Below, in pieces: positions 38,157-49,174 of a DNA stretch of 64,000 nt. The notes under the pieces are model-generated. The model did no database searches, had not been told where the DNA came from, and was given only the letters and a program-made list of their open reading frames with translations. This DNA is from Candidatus Kapaibacterium sp. (GTDB lineage: Bacteria > Bacteroidota > Ignavibacteria > Kapaibacteriales > NICIL-2). The position numbers were made by a program, and so were the translations under genes. Numbering within the stretch: the stretch's first letter is position 1; each line of letters starts with the position of its first letter. The stretch spans positions 613,189 to 677,188 of the forward strand of contig BPHJ01000001.1 in NCBI GenBank assembly GCA_026003475.1, written 5' to 3'.

Positions 38157-39376
38157 GTTCGTACCGTATCATGCTTGATGGAACGCCATTCCCAGGCCGT
38201 CTGCAGCGGAGTGGCTTGGTCATGGCGATAATTGGTACCATCGCTTTTATTGCCGCAGGGATGGGCCATCCATCCTACTGGTGGGGTGGATACGTGCTCG
38301 GTTTCGTGTATGTGATGGGACTTTCCGTTACGTTGATTTTTTTCTCGGCGCTGTCCTATTTGGTCAATGCTGGGTGGGTTGCTGCAATTCGCCGCATTCC
38401 GGAATTGCTCTCGACGTTTGTGCTCTTTCTTCCGGTCGCTGCTGTTCCGCTCATTATTGGAGCAGTCAGCGGTAACATCTACGAGTGGATGCATTCAACC
38501 GATCCCCACCTTCATCATGGGTTCAAAGGCGTGTACTTGAGCGAACCGTTTTTCTGGGCACGGTTGGTGTTCTATGCGCTGATCTGGATTGTGATGTACC
38601 GCGTCATTGTCGGGAATTCGTTTGCTCAAGATACCAGCAGTGATATTGGACCAACACAACGGAACTGGAAGCTGGCCGCACCATTTGTCCTGCTCTATGC
38701 ACTGACGATCACGTTCGCGTCGTTCGACCTTGTCATGACATTGGAGCCGCACTGGTTTAGCACCATTTTCGGAGTGTATTCGTTCGCGGGACATTTCGTT
38801 GCGGCTCTCTCTCTGACCATGATCCTGATGCGCATGCTCGATCGCGGTGGGTATCTGCAGGGCATACTAAGCCGCGAACACTATCACGACGTTGGCAAGC
38901 TGATGTTTGCCTTCACGATTTTCTGGACGTACGTTGCGTTCTCGCAATACTTCATCATCTGGTACGGCAATCTGCCCGAAGAAACGGTCTTTTTTGCTAA
39001 GCGACTTGTCAATGGGTGGGAGATCTTTGGCTGGGCGTCGTTGGTCGTTCATTTCATCGTACCGTTCCTCTTCCTGCTGCGGCAGGACGTCAAGCGGCGC
39101 CCGCGGCTGGTAACTGTTGGTGCCGTCATACTCCTGATTGCTCACGCCATTGATCTGAGCTGGATAATATTGCCTGTGTTCTCTGCAGCTCATGGTGAAC
39201 CCTATCACTTGTCTTGGGCACTGGTTCTCTGTGGCTGGGGTGCGATCGTTGCCTTTATTGGTGTGCTGTTGATTGTCGCAGGTCATGCCTTCCGCCGACA
39301 TTCGGCAGTAGCATATAACGATCCCTATTTGCACGAATCGCTGGAGTATCATACAGGCGCCTACGACCCGACGTGA
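38153..39376 (+). CDS. actF: alternative complex III second NrfD-like membrane subunit ActF
   Basis: 407-aa polytopic protein paralogous to ActC. Start overlaps the actE stop. Confidence 0.8.
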   Translation: MSSYRIMLDGTPFPGRLQRSGLVMAIIGTIAFIAAGMGHPSYWWGGYVLGFVYVMGLSVTLIFFSALSYLVNAGWVAAIRRIPELLSTFVLFLPVAAVPLIIGAVSGNIYEWMHSTDPHLHHGFKGVYLSEPFFWARLVFYALIWIVMYRVIVGNSFAQDTSSDIGPTQRNWKLAAPFVLLYALTITFASFDLVMTLEPHWFSTIFGVYSFAGHFVAALSLTMILMRMLDRGGYLQGILSREHYHDVGKLMFAFTIFWTYVAFSQYFIIWYGNLPEETVFFAKRLVNGWEIFGWASLVVHFIVPFLFLLRQDVKRRPRLVTVGAVILLIAHAIDLSWIILPVFSAAHGEPYHLSWALVLCGWGAIVAFIGVLLIVAGHAFRRHSAVAYNDPYLHESLEYHTGAYDPT

Positions 39377-39493
39377 GCCTGCTGCCGACAGGGTGAGCGT
39401 TGCAGTACACACGCAACAGTTCGGATGCATGTGTAACAAAGCATGGTGTGGTGCGTAGATTGCAGCAGAAGCATCACCACCTCGGTACCGACC

Positions 39494-39979
39494 ATGGCTG
39501 ACCGACTCTATCGCTCTCGCGTGGAGCGCAAACTTGCAGGGGTTTGTGGCGGGATCGCGGATTATTTCGATCTCGACCCATCGCTGGTCCGCATCCTGTT
39601 TGTTCTGCTTGCGTTCTTCAATGGTTTTGGGATCGTGGCATACATCGTATGCTGGATTGTGTTGCCCGAACAGCAGCTGGATGCGCAGACTCTCCACCCT
39701 CCCGTGGAGACGACATCCTTCGAACAAGAAGCTGCGGCAGGAACGTCCCTTCGCCGGACCGGACCGAATACCAAACGGTGGGCAACTGGTCTTGGCATCC
39801 TCCTCATCGCGGTTGGCTTTGCAATCTTGGTCGAGCGATTCGTCCCGTGGCTGGACTTTGGTGATCTACTGCCGTACTTGCTGATACTCGCTGGTATTGC
39901 CCTCCTCTATCGAGGATGGAATCTCCGGAAGCAAGAATACCGCAGCTCTACGTTGGAGGATGCAAGCAATGTATCGTAA
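39494..39979 (+). CDS. PspC-domain membrane protein
   Basis: ATG at 39494 gives MADRLYRSRVERKLAGVCGGIADYFDLDPSLVRILFVLLAFFNGFGIVAYIVCWIVLP, the canonical PspC domain, followed by an additional TM region. Confidence 0.7.
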   Translation: MADRLYRSRVERKLAGVCGGIADYFDLDPSLVRILFVLLAFFNGFGIVAYIVCWIVLPEQQLDAQTLHPPVETTSFEQEAAAGTSLRRTGPNTKRWATGLGILLIAVGFAILVERFVPWLDFGDLLPYLLILAGIALLYRGWNLRKQEYRSSTLEDASNVS

Positions 39980-40382
39980 CCATGCGTTTTGGGGTGCGGT
40001 ATGCATCGCTGTTGGGGCTACGCTCCTTGCGCGGCAGTACCTGCATGCGTTGGAAAATGTCGAAGTACTCGCACCGGCAGTTCTCGGTGTTGGGCTGATT
40101 CTGCTGGGACTGTCATTTGTCATCAAGCAGCAGCTTGCGCGCGCAATTGCCGCGTTTCTGGCGGGCATATGCATTGGGTTCTATGCTGGTGTTGCGCTCA
40201 CCAATGAGCGAGTCCTGCGCCGTCCGATTCGGATTTCCTGTGCCACTCATGACTCGTTCGACCACACTACGACGGATGAGGAAGAGCAGTCCGATGAAGA
40301 CACTGCAGAGCAGCACCGTAACAATGACACGCTTCCGCATTTACCCGATACACTTCGCCAGCGCATGAAGCCCCTCTATTGA
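39960..40382 (+). CDS. hypothetical membrane protein partnered with the PspC-domain gene (LiaF-like role?)
   Basis: Start overlaps the PspC-domain gene's stop by 20 nt. Three predicted TM helices and an acidic C-terminal tail. No family recognised. Confidence 0.4.
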   Translation: MQAMYRNHAFWGAVCIAVGATLLARQYLHALENVEVLAPAVLGVGLILLGLSFVIKQQLARAIAAFLAGICIGFYAGVALTNERVLRRPIRISCATHDSFDHTTTDEEEQSDEDTAEQHRNNDTLPHLPDTLRQRMKPLY

Positions 40383-40407
40383 TTCAACAACTTGTGAGGA
40401 TGGAAGG

Positions 40408-41715
40408 ATGGAAACCACGTCGCTGTGGCAGCCTCGCCACGTGCAAAGCATCGAGCTTGTTGCCTTAGCAGAGCGATTCGGAACGCCGCTCTACGTGTAC
40501 GATGCGGAGCGGATCATTGAGCAGTATCGCCGTTTTGTGGGTGCATTTGACCCAACGCTCTCAGTTGCGGTCAAGTTCGCCTGCAAAGCATTGCCATCGC
40601 TTGCAGTCATCGAGTTGCTCCACCAATGCGGTGCTGGGGTTGATGCCGTCTCGATCGAAGAAGTCGAGCTCGCCTTTCGTGCTGGTGTGCCGCCATCGGA
40701 GATATGTTTTACGCCTAATTGTGTCAGCTTCGACGAAATCCGCGCTGGTGTGGAGCGCGGTGTTGTCGTCAACATTGACGACCTGTCCATGCTCGAACGC
40801 TTCGGGCATTACTACGGCGGTCGTGTCGGGTGTGGCATCCGTATCAATCCCCACATCGTTGCTGGTGGCAATCCACACATTCAAGTCGGACACATTGATT
40901 CAAAGTTCGGCATTTCGATCCTGCAAGTACGCCATCTTCTCCGCATCGTCGAGAGCTACGGGATTCGGGTGATCGGACTGCACATGCATACCGGTTCAGA
41001 CATCTACGACGCAGAAGTATTCGTCCGCGCAGCCGAAGTACTCTTCGATCTTGCTGAGCATTTTCCCGCACTCGAATACATTGACTTGGGGAGTGGCTTC
41101 AAAGTCCCTTACAAACCTGACGACACCGCCACCGACATCGCCGAATTTGGGCAGGTGATGAGTCGAGCCTTTGGCCAATTCTGTCATCGGACGGGGCGCT
41201 CGCTGAAACTCTGGTTTGAACCGGGCAAGTTCTTAGTCAGTGAAGCCGGGTACCTACTGGTTCAGGTGAACGTGGTCAAACAAACCGTCTCGTCGCTCTT
41301 TGCTGGAGTCAATTCTGGCATGAACCATCTTCTCCGCCCGATGCTGTACGATGCCTACCATCATGTGGTGAATGTGTCCAACCCCACTGGGAAGCCGCGC
41401 ATCTATTCGGTTGTGGGCTACATCTGTGAAACCGATACCTTCGCATGGGACCGGCCGATTGCGGAAATTCGGGAGGGCGACTTTCTCTGCATCATGAACG
41501 CTGGTGCGTATGGGTATGCGATGAGCTCCAACTACAATGCGCGAGTTCGCCCCGCAGAAGTGTTAGTCTGGCAAGGGCAACCGCTCCTGATTCGCCGGCG
41601 CGAGACTGTCGAGGATCTGGTGCGGACGCAGCGAACACTCTCGGAGGCGCTTGCTGCAACGCCAACGCCGCTGGAGGATGCATCACTGCCTGCTCGTGGG
41701 AAGCCCATGGTGTGA
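40408..41715 (+). CDS. lysA: PLP-dependent diaminopimelate decarboxylase (fold-III Orn/DAP/Arg decarboxylase family)
   Basis: GTPLYVYD...[11 protein letters not shown] (PLP lysine region) ...GHYYGG...EPGKFLV...YDAYHH motifs typical of LysA. Confidence 0.75.
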   Translation: METTSLWQPRHVQSIELVALAERFGTPLYVYDAERIIEQYRRFVGAFDPTLSVAVKFACKALPSLAVIELLHQCGAGVDAVSIEEVELAFRAGVPPSEICFTPNCVSFDEIRAGVERGVVVNIDDLSMLERFGHYYGGRVGCGIRINPHIVAGGNPHIQVGHIDSKFGISILQVRHLLRIVESYGIRVIGLHMHTGSDIYDAEVFVRAAEVLFDLAEHFPALEYIDLGSGFKVPYKPDDTATDIAEFGQVMSRAFGQFCHRTGRSLKLWFEPGKFLVSEAGYLLVQVNVVKQTVSSLFAGVNSGMNHLLRPMLYDAYHHVVNVSNPTGKPRIYSVVGYICETDTFAWDRPIAEIREGDFLCIMNAGAYGYAMSSNYNARVRPAEVLVWQGQPLLIRRRETVEDLVRTQRTLSEALAATPTPLEDASLPARGKPMV

Positions 41716-43773
41716 CGCCTGCGATGATGCTGACTCGATCTCCAGTGCTAACTGCAGGCGTTGAATCTCGTCCCGAAGACTGGCTGCACGTTCGAAGTCA
41801 AGGTCGCGTGCGGCTTGCTTCATCTGCGCAAAAAGTTCAGCAATAAGCTCCTGCAATTTTTCTGGTGGTAACTTTTCGAGCAGGGGCTCGACGGCTTGCC
41901 GCTGGCGGATTGCTTCCGAATCTTTTTTCCGTTTGTCGCGCTGGGCTTTGACGTCAGCAACAGTCGTGGCTTGGAGGATCTCATCGAGCGATTTGTAAAC
42001 CGTGCGGGGATTGATGCCATGTTTTCTATTGTACTCTTGTTGCAAGTGTCGTCGCCGGTTCGTTTCTTCGATGACTTGTTGCATCGAGTGTGTGATTGTA
42101 TCGGCATAGAGGATGACCATTCCATCCTCGTTGCGAGCAGTGCGACCGGCAATTTGGAGCAGGGAACGTTGGCTGCGCAGAAACCCTTCTTTGTCAGCAT
42201 CCAAGATGGCGACCAGCGATACTTCGGGCATGTCGAGTCCCTCGCGGAGAAGGTTCACGCCGACTAAAACATCGAATTCGCCCAGTCGCAATTTGCGGAT
42301 AATCTCGACACGGTTGAGCGCATCAATTTCACTGTGAATGTACGCTACCCGAATACCAAGATTGCCAAGGTAATCGGCAAGGTCTTCAGCCATGCGTTTG
42401 GTCAGGGTTGTCACCAGTACGCGTTGTTTCCGTTCGATGCGCAGGCGAATTTCCTCGAGTAAATCATCAATCTGTGTGCGGATCGGGCGCACCTCGATGC
42501 GTGGATCGAGCAGTCCCGTTGGGCGAATGATTTGCTCGACGACGACTCCACCACACTTCTGAAGCTCATAGTCGCCTGGCGTTGCGCTGACAAAGATGAC
42601 CTGGTTGATGAGGGACTCGAACTCCTCGAAACGGAGCGGACGATTTTCCAATGCAGACGGGAGGCGAAAACCGTATTCAACCAAGATTTCTTTCCGCTGA
42701 CGGTCGCCGTTGTACATCGCGCGTATCTGCGGTATCGTCACATGACTTTCGTCAATGATGAGCAGGTAGTCAGGGGGGAAGTAGTCAATGAGTGTTGTCG
42801 GTCGCTGTCCGAAGGTTCTACCGGCAAGATGCATCGAGTAGTTCTCGATGCCGGAGCAATAACCGACCTCTTTGAGCATTTCCAGGTCGTAGAGCGTGCG
42901 TTGTTCGAGCCGTTGGGCCTCGACGTATTTCCCTTGTGCGTTGAGTTCCCGCAGACGGTGATAGAGCTCATCTTTGATGGCTGCAATCGCGCGCTGAAGG
43001 TTAGCGCCAGTGGTCACAAATTGACGGGCAGGGTAGAGCGTGTACTCATCGAATGTCTCGAGCGTTGCCGAATCCACCAAGCGAATGAGGGAGAGTCGCT
43101 CGATCGTGTCGTCCCAGAGCTCGATGCGAAGAGCGACGTCGTCTTCGTAGGCGGGAACCACATCGATGACATCCCCGCGTACACGGTAGCAAGCACGGGT
43201 CAGATCGCTATCGTTGCGGCTGAAGAGTAACTCATTGAGTCGTTCGAGGAGCTGTTTGCGCCGTATTTGCATCCCCACCCGAAGGGGGAACATCATCGCG
43301 GCAAACTCGTCTTTGGAGCCGATACCGTAAATGCAACTGACCGATGCAACGATAATGACATCCCTTCGCCCTTCAACCAATGCCGACGTTGCACGTAGCC
43401 GAAGGCGATCAATTTCATCGTTGATCGCGATGTCCTTTTCGATGTAGGTGTCGGTGCTGGGCAGGTAAGCCTCGGGCTGGTAGTAGTCGTAGTAGCTAAT
43501 GAAAAACTCGATGGCGTTGTGTGGGAAGAAGCTCTTGAACTCACCATACAACTGTGCCGCGAGCGTTTTGTTGGGTGAGATGACAAGCGTTGGGCGCTGA
43601 ACCTGCGCGATGACGTTGCTCATGGTGAACGTTTTGCCTGAGCCAGTAACACCGAGCAAAGTTTGGTAGCGGTCGCCACGTTCGAGTCCAGCGACCAGCT
43701 CGGCGATTGCTTTTGGTTGGTCACCAGCGGGTTGATAGGGCGATACAAGCTGAAACTGACCTGGTGGCTTCAT
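41683..43773 (-). CDS. uvrB: excinuclease ABC subunit B
   Basis: ATG at 43773 gives [23 protein letters not shown]... Helicase motifs [13 protein letters not shown]-terminal UVR domain ([11 protein letters not shown]). Converges with lysA, overlapping 33 nt. Confidence 0.95.
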   Translation of the reverse strand: MKPPGQFQLVSPYQPAGDQPKAIAELVAGLERGDRYQTLLGVTGSGKTFTMSNVIAQVQRPTLVISPNKTLAAQLYGEFKSFFPHNAIEFFISYYDYYQPEAYLPSTDTYIEKDIAINDEIDRLRLRATSALVEGRRDVIIVASVSCIYGIGSKDEFAAMMFPLRVGMQIRRKQLLERLNELLFSRNDSDLTRACYRVRGDVIDVVPAYEDDVALRIELWDDTIERLSLIRLVDSATLETFDEYTLYPARQFVTTGANLQRAIAAIKDELYHRLRELNAQGKYVEAQRLEQRTLYDLEMLKEVGYCSGIENYSMHLAGRTFGQRPTTLIDYFPPDYLLIIDESHVTIPQIRAMYNGDRQRKEILVEYGFRLPSALENRPLRFEEFESLINQVIFVSATPGDYELQKCGGVVVEQIIRPTGLLDPRIEVRPIRTQIDDLLEEIRLRIERKQRVLVTTLTKRMAEDLADYLGNLGIRVAYIHSEIDALNRVEIIRKLRLGEFDVLVGVNLLREGLDMPEVSLVAILDADKEGFLRSQRSLLQIAGRTARNEDGMVILYADTITHSMQQVIEETNRRRHLQQEYNRKHGINPRTVYKSLDEILQATTVADVKAQRDKRKKDSEAIRQRQAVEPLLEKLPPEKLQELIAELFAQMKQAARDLDFERAASLRDEIQRLQLALEIESASSQASHHGLPTSRQ

Positions 43774-43851
43774 CACACACAGGTGAAAATTTGACTTCCG
43801 ATTGGAAACACAGTACTTTTGCAACTTGTAAAGCTACGAACCTTTTCCAGT

Positions 43852-44910
43852 ATGGCGCCTAATTCTTCCAAGCTGTCTGAATTGAAAGTCAACGTCCCAG
43901 CGGCGGCAATTGCCCAACAGCCGCTCCCCAAACGGGATGCAAGCCGGATGTTAGTGCTCAACCGTGCAACCGGTGACATCAACGACGATAAATTCAAGAA
44001 CTTCACCAAATACTTCCAAAAAGGTGATGTTCTGGTTCTCAACGATACAAAAGTGTTTCCTGCACATTTGGTCGGTGCCAAAGAAAAAGGTGATGTTCGC
44101 ATTGACGTCTATCTCTTGCGAGAGCTCCGGCGTGATGAGAGGCTCTGGGACGTGGTTGTTGAACCAGCGCGAAAGGTGCGGATTGGCAACAAGGTGTTCT
44201 TCGATGGCGGCCGATTCTATTGCGAGATCATCGAGAATACCACGACGCGCGGACGCATCGCACGCTTTTCGTATGATGGCGATCTTTTTCCGGTGCTCAA
44301 CCGCATCGGTCAAATGGCGCTCCCGAGCTATATCACGCGCGAACACACCGAGGATGATCGTGAGCGCTTCCAGACCGTCTTTGCCAATCCTGCAAAACGT
44401 TTCTCGATTGCACCACCCACTGCAGGGCTTCACTTCACCAAAGAAACGCTCAAGGCAATTGCCAAACAAGGCGTCCAGATTACCTACGTGACGCTCCATC
44501 TGGGACAATGCGTCCTCGAACCAATCGAAGTCGAAGACCTTAGTAAACATCGCATGTACAGCGAGTATTTCGAGGTCAGCCGCGAAACATCCGAGATCAT
44601 CAACAAAGCCCTCAAATCGCGCAAGAATGTGTACGTGGTTGGCTGCTCGACGCTGCGGGCACTCGAATCGAGTATTTTGACAGCAAACATGATCAAGCCG
44701 AATCGGGGCTGGACCGATAAGTACATCTACCCTCCCTACGAATTCAAGATCAAATTCCGACTGCTCACGAATTTCCATCCTTACGGGTCGTCCTCGCAAG
44801 TCTTGGCTGCTGCGGTTGCTGGGGTAGATAACCTTGTGCATGCTTACCGCCATGCTGTCAAGCAGGGGTATCGCTTCTTTGCCTATGGCGATGCAATGCT
44901 CATCGTATAG
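43852..44910 (+). CDS. queA: S-adenosylmethionine:tRNA ribosyltransferase-isomerase QueA
   Basis: ATG at 43852. IAQQPLPKRDASRMLVL...GDVLVLNDTKVFPA...PPTAGLHFT motifs of QueA. Confidence 0.9.
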   Translation: MAPNSSKLSELKVNVPAAAIAQQPLPKRDASRMLVLNRATGDINDDKFKNFTKYFQKGDVLVLNDTKVFPAHLVGAKEKGDVRIDVYLLRELRRDERLWDVVVEPARKVRIGNKVFFDGGRFYCEIIENTTTRGRIARFSYDGDLFPVLNRIGQMALPSYITREHTEDDRERFQTVFANPAKRFSIAPPTAGLHFTKETLKAIAKQGVQITYVTLHLGQCVLEPIEVEDLSKHRMYSEYFEVSRETSEIINKALKSRKNVYVVGCSTLRALESSILTANMIKPNRGWTDKYIYPPYEFKIKFRLLTNFHPYGSSSQVLAAAVAGVDNLVHAYRHAVKQGYRFFAYGDAMLIV

Positions 44911-44920
44911 GCGCTAAGCA

Positions 44921-47500
44921 GTGAACGTCCGTCCACTCAAAATTTTTACCGTCGCCTCGGTTGTTCCAGAAGAGCTATCGTTCTTGGAACGGCTGGCGTA
45001 CAACTTTTGGTGGTCCTGGAATCGAAAAGCCGAATCGCTGTTTGCCACGATTGATGCGATGCGGTGGGAGCGATTGCGACGGAATCCGGTGCGGTTACTC
45101 AAGGAAACACCCCAGGAGCGCTACCGGCAGCTTGTCGGTGATGCCAGCTACCGCCGATTGCTCGAGGAGGTCGAGCGTGAACTCGATGCCTATCTGGGCG
45201 CACCGCCACAGGTCGAATGGAAGCACGAGGGTCTGGTCGCGTACTTCTGTGCTGAATATGGGATCAGCGAATGCTTCCAGAATTACAGCGGTGGGCTCGG
45301 CGTTCTTGCTGGCGATCATCTCAAGACAGCCTCCGATATGGGACTGCCGATGGTTGGTCTTGGTTTGCTCTACCAGCAAGGGTACTTTCATCAGCACGTC
45401 ACCTATAACGGTTGGCAGCAGGAGAATTTCCTCGATTACGACTTCTCGCTGTTACCAATCGAACGTGTTCTAACCAAGGATGCCCGCCCACTGACTGTAA
45501 CGGTCGAACTTCCTGAAGGGGACGTCCATGCGCACGTTTGGAAAGCCATGGTGGGGCGTGTGCCCCTCTACTTACTTGACACAAACATATCGGAAAACCA
45601 ACCCAACCCGATGTATCAGAACATTACCGACCAACTCTACGGGGGCACTCAAGAGACGCGGATCATGCAGGAAATGGTTCTGGGGATTGGGGGGATTCGA
45701 GCGCTCCAGGCACTGGGAATCGAGCCAGCCGTGGTGCATGTCAACGAAGGGCATGCCGCGTTCTGCACGTTGGAGTGGACGCGGCAGTATGCGCAGCGGT
45801 ACGGAATTTCATTCCAGGCCGCGGCCGAGATTACACGCACGCAGACTTGCTTTACGACCCATACGCCAGTGCCGGCGGGCAATGAAATTTTCTCCCTCGG
45901 GTTGATGGAAAAGTACTTTGCCCGTTACCATCCACAGCTTGGGTTGAGTTGGAAAGAGTTTATTGCACTCGGCCAGGCAAACCACGGTTCCAACGACGAG
46001 GGATTTTCGATGACGATCCTCGGACTACGGATGAGTAATCACCGCAATGGCGTCAGCAAACTCCATGCGCATGTCGCTCGAACAATGTGGCAGGCGCTCT
46101 GGCCGCACGTACCAACAGACGAAGTGCCAATCGTTGGTATCACCAACGGCGTGCATATTCATACGTGGGTTGCCAGTGATGTCGCAGCGCTCTACGATCG
46201 CGTTCTGGGTCCACTCTGGCGAGAACGTCCGCATGATCCAACGGTTTGGGAGTCCATTGTAACGGTTCCCGACGCTGAACTATGGGCAGTGCATACGAGG
46301 CGCCGGCAACGGTTGCTGGAATCGGTCCGTGAGCACATTGCCTATCAGCGGGGATACTACGACGACGAGCACCGACAGCGTGCAATCGCGGCGCTCCATC
46401 CCAATTGCCTGATCATCGGTTTTGCTCGTCGTTTTGCGACCTACAAACGATCCGATCTGCTGTTTCGAAATTGGGAACGGCTGGCGTCGCTCCTGAAGAA
46501 TCCCTCGCGACCTGTTGTGGTGTTGCTTGCGGGGAAAGCCCATCCCCACGATCACGCAAGCAAAGAAATGATGCAACACATACTGGCAGGCATCCGTGCG
46601 ACCGGACTGGAGGATCACGTCCTCTTTCTCGAGGATTATGATCTTGGGATTGCGCGCGCACTGGTCAAGGGGGCAGATGTCTGGCTCAACACTCCACGCC
46701 GTCCCTATGAAGCATCCGGAACAAGCGGAATGAAAGCTGCTCTCAATGGCGTTCTGCATTGCAGCATTCTCGATGGCTGGTGGGTCGAAGCTGCTCGAGG
46801 TGATAACGGCTTCACAATCGGCAGGGGAGAAGAGTACGCCAGCACCGATGAACAAGATGCACACGAAAGTGAAAGCCTCTACCAGCTTCTCGAAAACGAC
46901 ATTGTTCCGATGTTCTACGAGCGCGATGCAGCAGGTATTCCGCGCCGGTGGGTTCAACGGATGAAGATGGCCATTGCGACGCTTGCCGCGCAATTCACCA
47001 CTCATCGCATGCTCAATGAGTATCGGTTAGGGTTCTACGAACCAGCCGGAGCATTGGGACGCGTGCTCACGCGCGACCGTGCACGAGCAGCACAACAGTT
47101 GTGGCAGTGGAAATCCTCGCTCGAGGCTCGATGGAAGACGCTCAAGCCTTGTGCTCTCGATGTACCAGAGCAAACCTTTACTCGTGTCGGTGAACCAATC
47201 TACGTCCGGCTTGTTCTCGATTGTGGTGCGATGCGCCCCGATGAGTTGTTGGTTCAAGTCTATTTCGGTCCGGTCAATTCCCGTGGCGAATTCTTGAGCG
47301 CACAGACAGCGAATCTGTCCTGCGTGCGTATTGAAGGTAGTATTGCAACCTTCGAGGGTACGTACTCGACAGCAGAGAGCGGCCACCATGGAGTGGCACT
47401 TCGAGTGCTCCCTTACCATCCACACGTACCCAACACAGTGGATGTTGGACTTGCTCTCTGGATAGACTCGCAGGACATATCTGCTGCGCCCACTCATTGA
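44921..47500 (+). CDS. glgP: alpha-glucan (glycogen/maltodextrin) phosphorylase, GT35
   Basis: 859 aa. PLP-lysine motif EASGTSGMKAALNG and GT35 core. Confidence 0.85.
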   Translation: MNVRPLKIFTVASVVPEELSFLERLAYNFWWSWNRKAESLFATIDAMRWERLRRNPVRLLKETPQERYRQLVGDASYRRLLEEVERELDAYLGAPPQVEWKHEGLVAYFCAEYGISECFQNYSGGLGVLAGDHLKTASDMGLPMVGLGLLYQQGYFHQHVTYNGWQQENFLDYDFSLLPIERVLTKDARPLTVTVELPEGDVHAHVWKAMVGRVPLYLLDTNISENQPNPMYQNITDQLYGGTQETRIMQEMVLGIGGIRALQALGIEPAVVHVNEGHAAFCTLEWTRQYAQRYGISFQAAAEITRTQTCFTTHTPVPAGNEIFSLGLMEKYFARYHPQLGLSWKEFIALGQANHGSNDEGFSMTILGLRMSNHRNGVSKLHAHVARTMWQALWPHVPTDEVPIVGITNGVHIHTWVASDVAALYDRVLGPLWRERPHDPTVWESIVTVPDAELWAVHTRRRQRLLESVREHIAYQRGYYDDEHRQRAIAALHPNCLIIGFARRFATYKRSDLLFRNWERLASLLKNPSRPVVVLLAGKAHPHDHASKEMMQHILAGIRATGLEDHVLFLEDYDLGIARALVKGADVWLNTPRRPYEASGTSGMKAALNGVLHCSILDGWWVEAARGDNGFTIGRGEEYASTDEQDAHESESLYQLLENDIVPMFYERDAAGIPRRWVQRMKMAIATLAAQFTTHRMLNEYRLGFYEPAGALGRVLTRDRARAAQQLWQWKSSLEARWKTLKPCALDVPEQTFTRVGEPIYVRLVLDCGAMRPDELLVQVYFGPVNSRGEFLSAQTANLSCVRIEGSIATFEGTYSTAESGHHGVALRVLPYHPHVPNTVDVGLALWIDSQDISAAPTH

Positions 47501-47605
47501 GAGGACGACAGCGCGATCTACGCTGCTGGTATCGTCGGTTATCATCGTGGGTGCGTGGTATATTGCGCTCCGTTTTTCCGTTGCACAATCTCCATACGCG
47601 TTCGG

Positions 47606-49174
47606 ATGGGTCAGCTTCTGTTGCTGATAGTGCTGTTTCTTCCGCTGGTTGTTGCGATTGGTCTCCTTGGTGTTCCCAGTGGTCGTGTTGCAATCCACCG
47701 CTGGGCATCGCTTGCGACGGCCTTGGTTACATTCGTGCTATCGCTACCGCTCTATTGGCTTGTTGACCATGCGCGGGGCGATTTTCAACTTTTGACGAAT
47801 GTTACTTGGATACCATCCCTGGATGCTGGCTTTCGGATCGGACTCGATGGAATGAGTCTGCTGCTGGTTCTGCTGACAACCTTTACCATGCCCATCGCTA
47901 TTGGCGCTTCGGTGGGAGTGATTACCAAGCGCGAGAAAGAGTACTACGTGATGATGCTGTTGTTGGAAACAGCCATGATTGGGGTGTTCGTATCGCTGGA
48001 TATGTTCTTGTTCTATGTGTTCTGGGAGCTGATTTTGATTCCGATGTACTTCATCATCGGCATCTGGGGCGGACAGGACCGGATCTATGCTGCGATCAAG
48101 TTCTTTCTTTATACGATTGTCGGCTCACTTCTGATGCTGGTGGCGATCATCTGGCTTGGTTGGCATGCACAGGTAGCTACCGGACACTTCACCACAGATT
48201 TTGTCAAGCTCCGGGAGATAGCTCCGAGCATACCGCTTGATATCCAGCGGTGGTTGTTTGCAGCATTTGCACTGTCGTTTGCAATCAAGGTGCCGATCTT
48301 TCCCCTCCACACCTGGCTGCCGGATGCACACGTTCAAGCTCCAACAGCAGGGTCGGTAATCTTAGCCGGCATTTTGCTCAAGATGGGTACCTATGGATTG
48401 ATTCGTTTCAATCTTGATTTCTTTCCAGCGGCAGCGATTGAGTTTGCACCGTTGCTTGCAGTACTTGCGGTGATCGGTATTATCTATGGGGCACTGGTCG
48501 CCATGGTTCAGCCCGATATGAAAAAGCTCGTTGCATACTCGTCGGTCAGCCACCTTGGGTTCGTTGTCCTGGGCATAGCCTCCATGACCAATGAAGGTAT
48601 CCAGGGCGCCATCATCCAGATGGTCAACCACGGACTCTCGACAGGAATGCTGTTTTTATGCGTGGGGGTGCTCTACGAACGACGCCACACGCGCGACATT
48701 GCCGAGTATGGCGGTATTGCATCGGTGATGCCGCGGTTTGCTGTCCTCTTCGCAATCGCGATGTTGGCATCGGTCGGTTTGCCCGGTCTCAATGGATTTG
48801 TTGGGGAGTTTTTGACTCTGCTGGGAGGATTTCGGTCTCCCTACCTTGATAGCTGGGCATATAGCATTGTTGCAGCAACGGGGGTCATCTTCGCTGCGGT
48901 GTACCTTCTGTGGATGTTCCAGCGGGTGATGTATGGCAAGCTGACCAATCCCGCCAATGAGGGCCTTGCCGATGTTCGGGTTCAGGAGCTTTGGACGCTC
49001 GTGCCGATTGTGATTGTGATGGTATGGATTGGCGTCTATCCCCGGCCATTCTTGAATGCAAGTGCCAAATCCACGCAGGCTATCGTCGAAAAAGTACTGC
49101 ACTACGCAGTTCCGCAGGAGGTTGCTCTTGATCCTGCCAAAACAAGTCGGATTACCGAAACAAAGCGTCCATGA
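47606..49174 (+). CDS. nuoM: NADH-quinone oxidoreductase antiporter-like subunit M (PF00361)
   Basis: ATG at 47606 gives MGQLLLLIVLFLPLVVAIGL. 14-TM Mrp-antiporter-like subunit with the NuoM pattern (LLLETAMIGVFVSLDMFLFYVFWELILIPMYFIIGIWGG). Confidence 0.85.
   Translation: MGQLLLLIVLFLPLVVAIGLLGVPSGRVAIHRWASLATALVTFVLSLPLYWLVDHARGDFQLLTNVTWIPSLDAGFRIGLDGMSLLLVLLTTFTMPIAIGASVGVITKREKEYYVMMLLLETAMIGVFVSLDMFLFYVFWELILIPMYFIIGIWGGQDRIYAAIKFFLYTIVGSLLMLVAIIWLGWHAQVATGHFTTDFVKLREIAPSIPLDIQRWLFAAFALSFAIKVPIFPLHTWLPDAHVQAPTAGSVILAGILLKMGTYGLIRFNLDFFPAAAIEFAPLLAVLAVIGIIYGALVAMVQPDMKKLVAYSSVSHLGFVVLGIASMTNEGIQGAIIQMVNHGLSTGMLFLCVGVLYERRHTRDIAEYGGIASVMPRFAVLFAIAMLASVGLPGLNGFVGEFLTLLGGFRSPYLDSWAYSIVAATGVIFAAVYLLWMFQRVMYGKLTNPANEGLADVRVQELWTLVPIVIVMVWIGVYPRPFLNASAKSTQAIVEKVLHYAVPQEVALDPAKTSRITETKRP

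Noticed and set aside
43951-44853. 300-aa minus-strand ORF antisense to queA
   Set aside because: queA on the plus strand has canonical motifs. The antisense product has no recognisable features.
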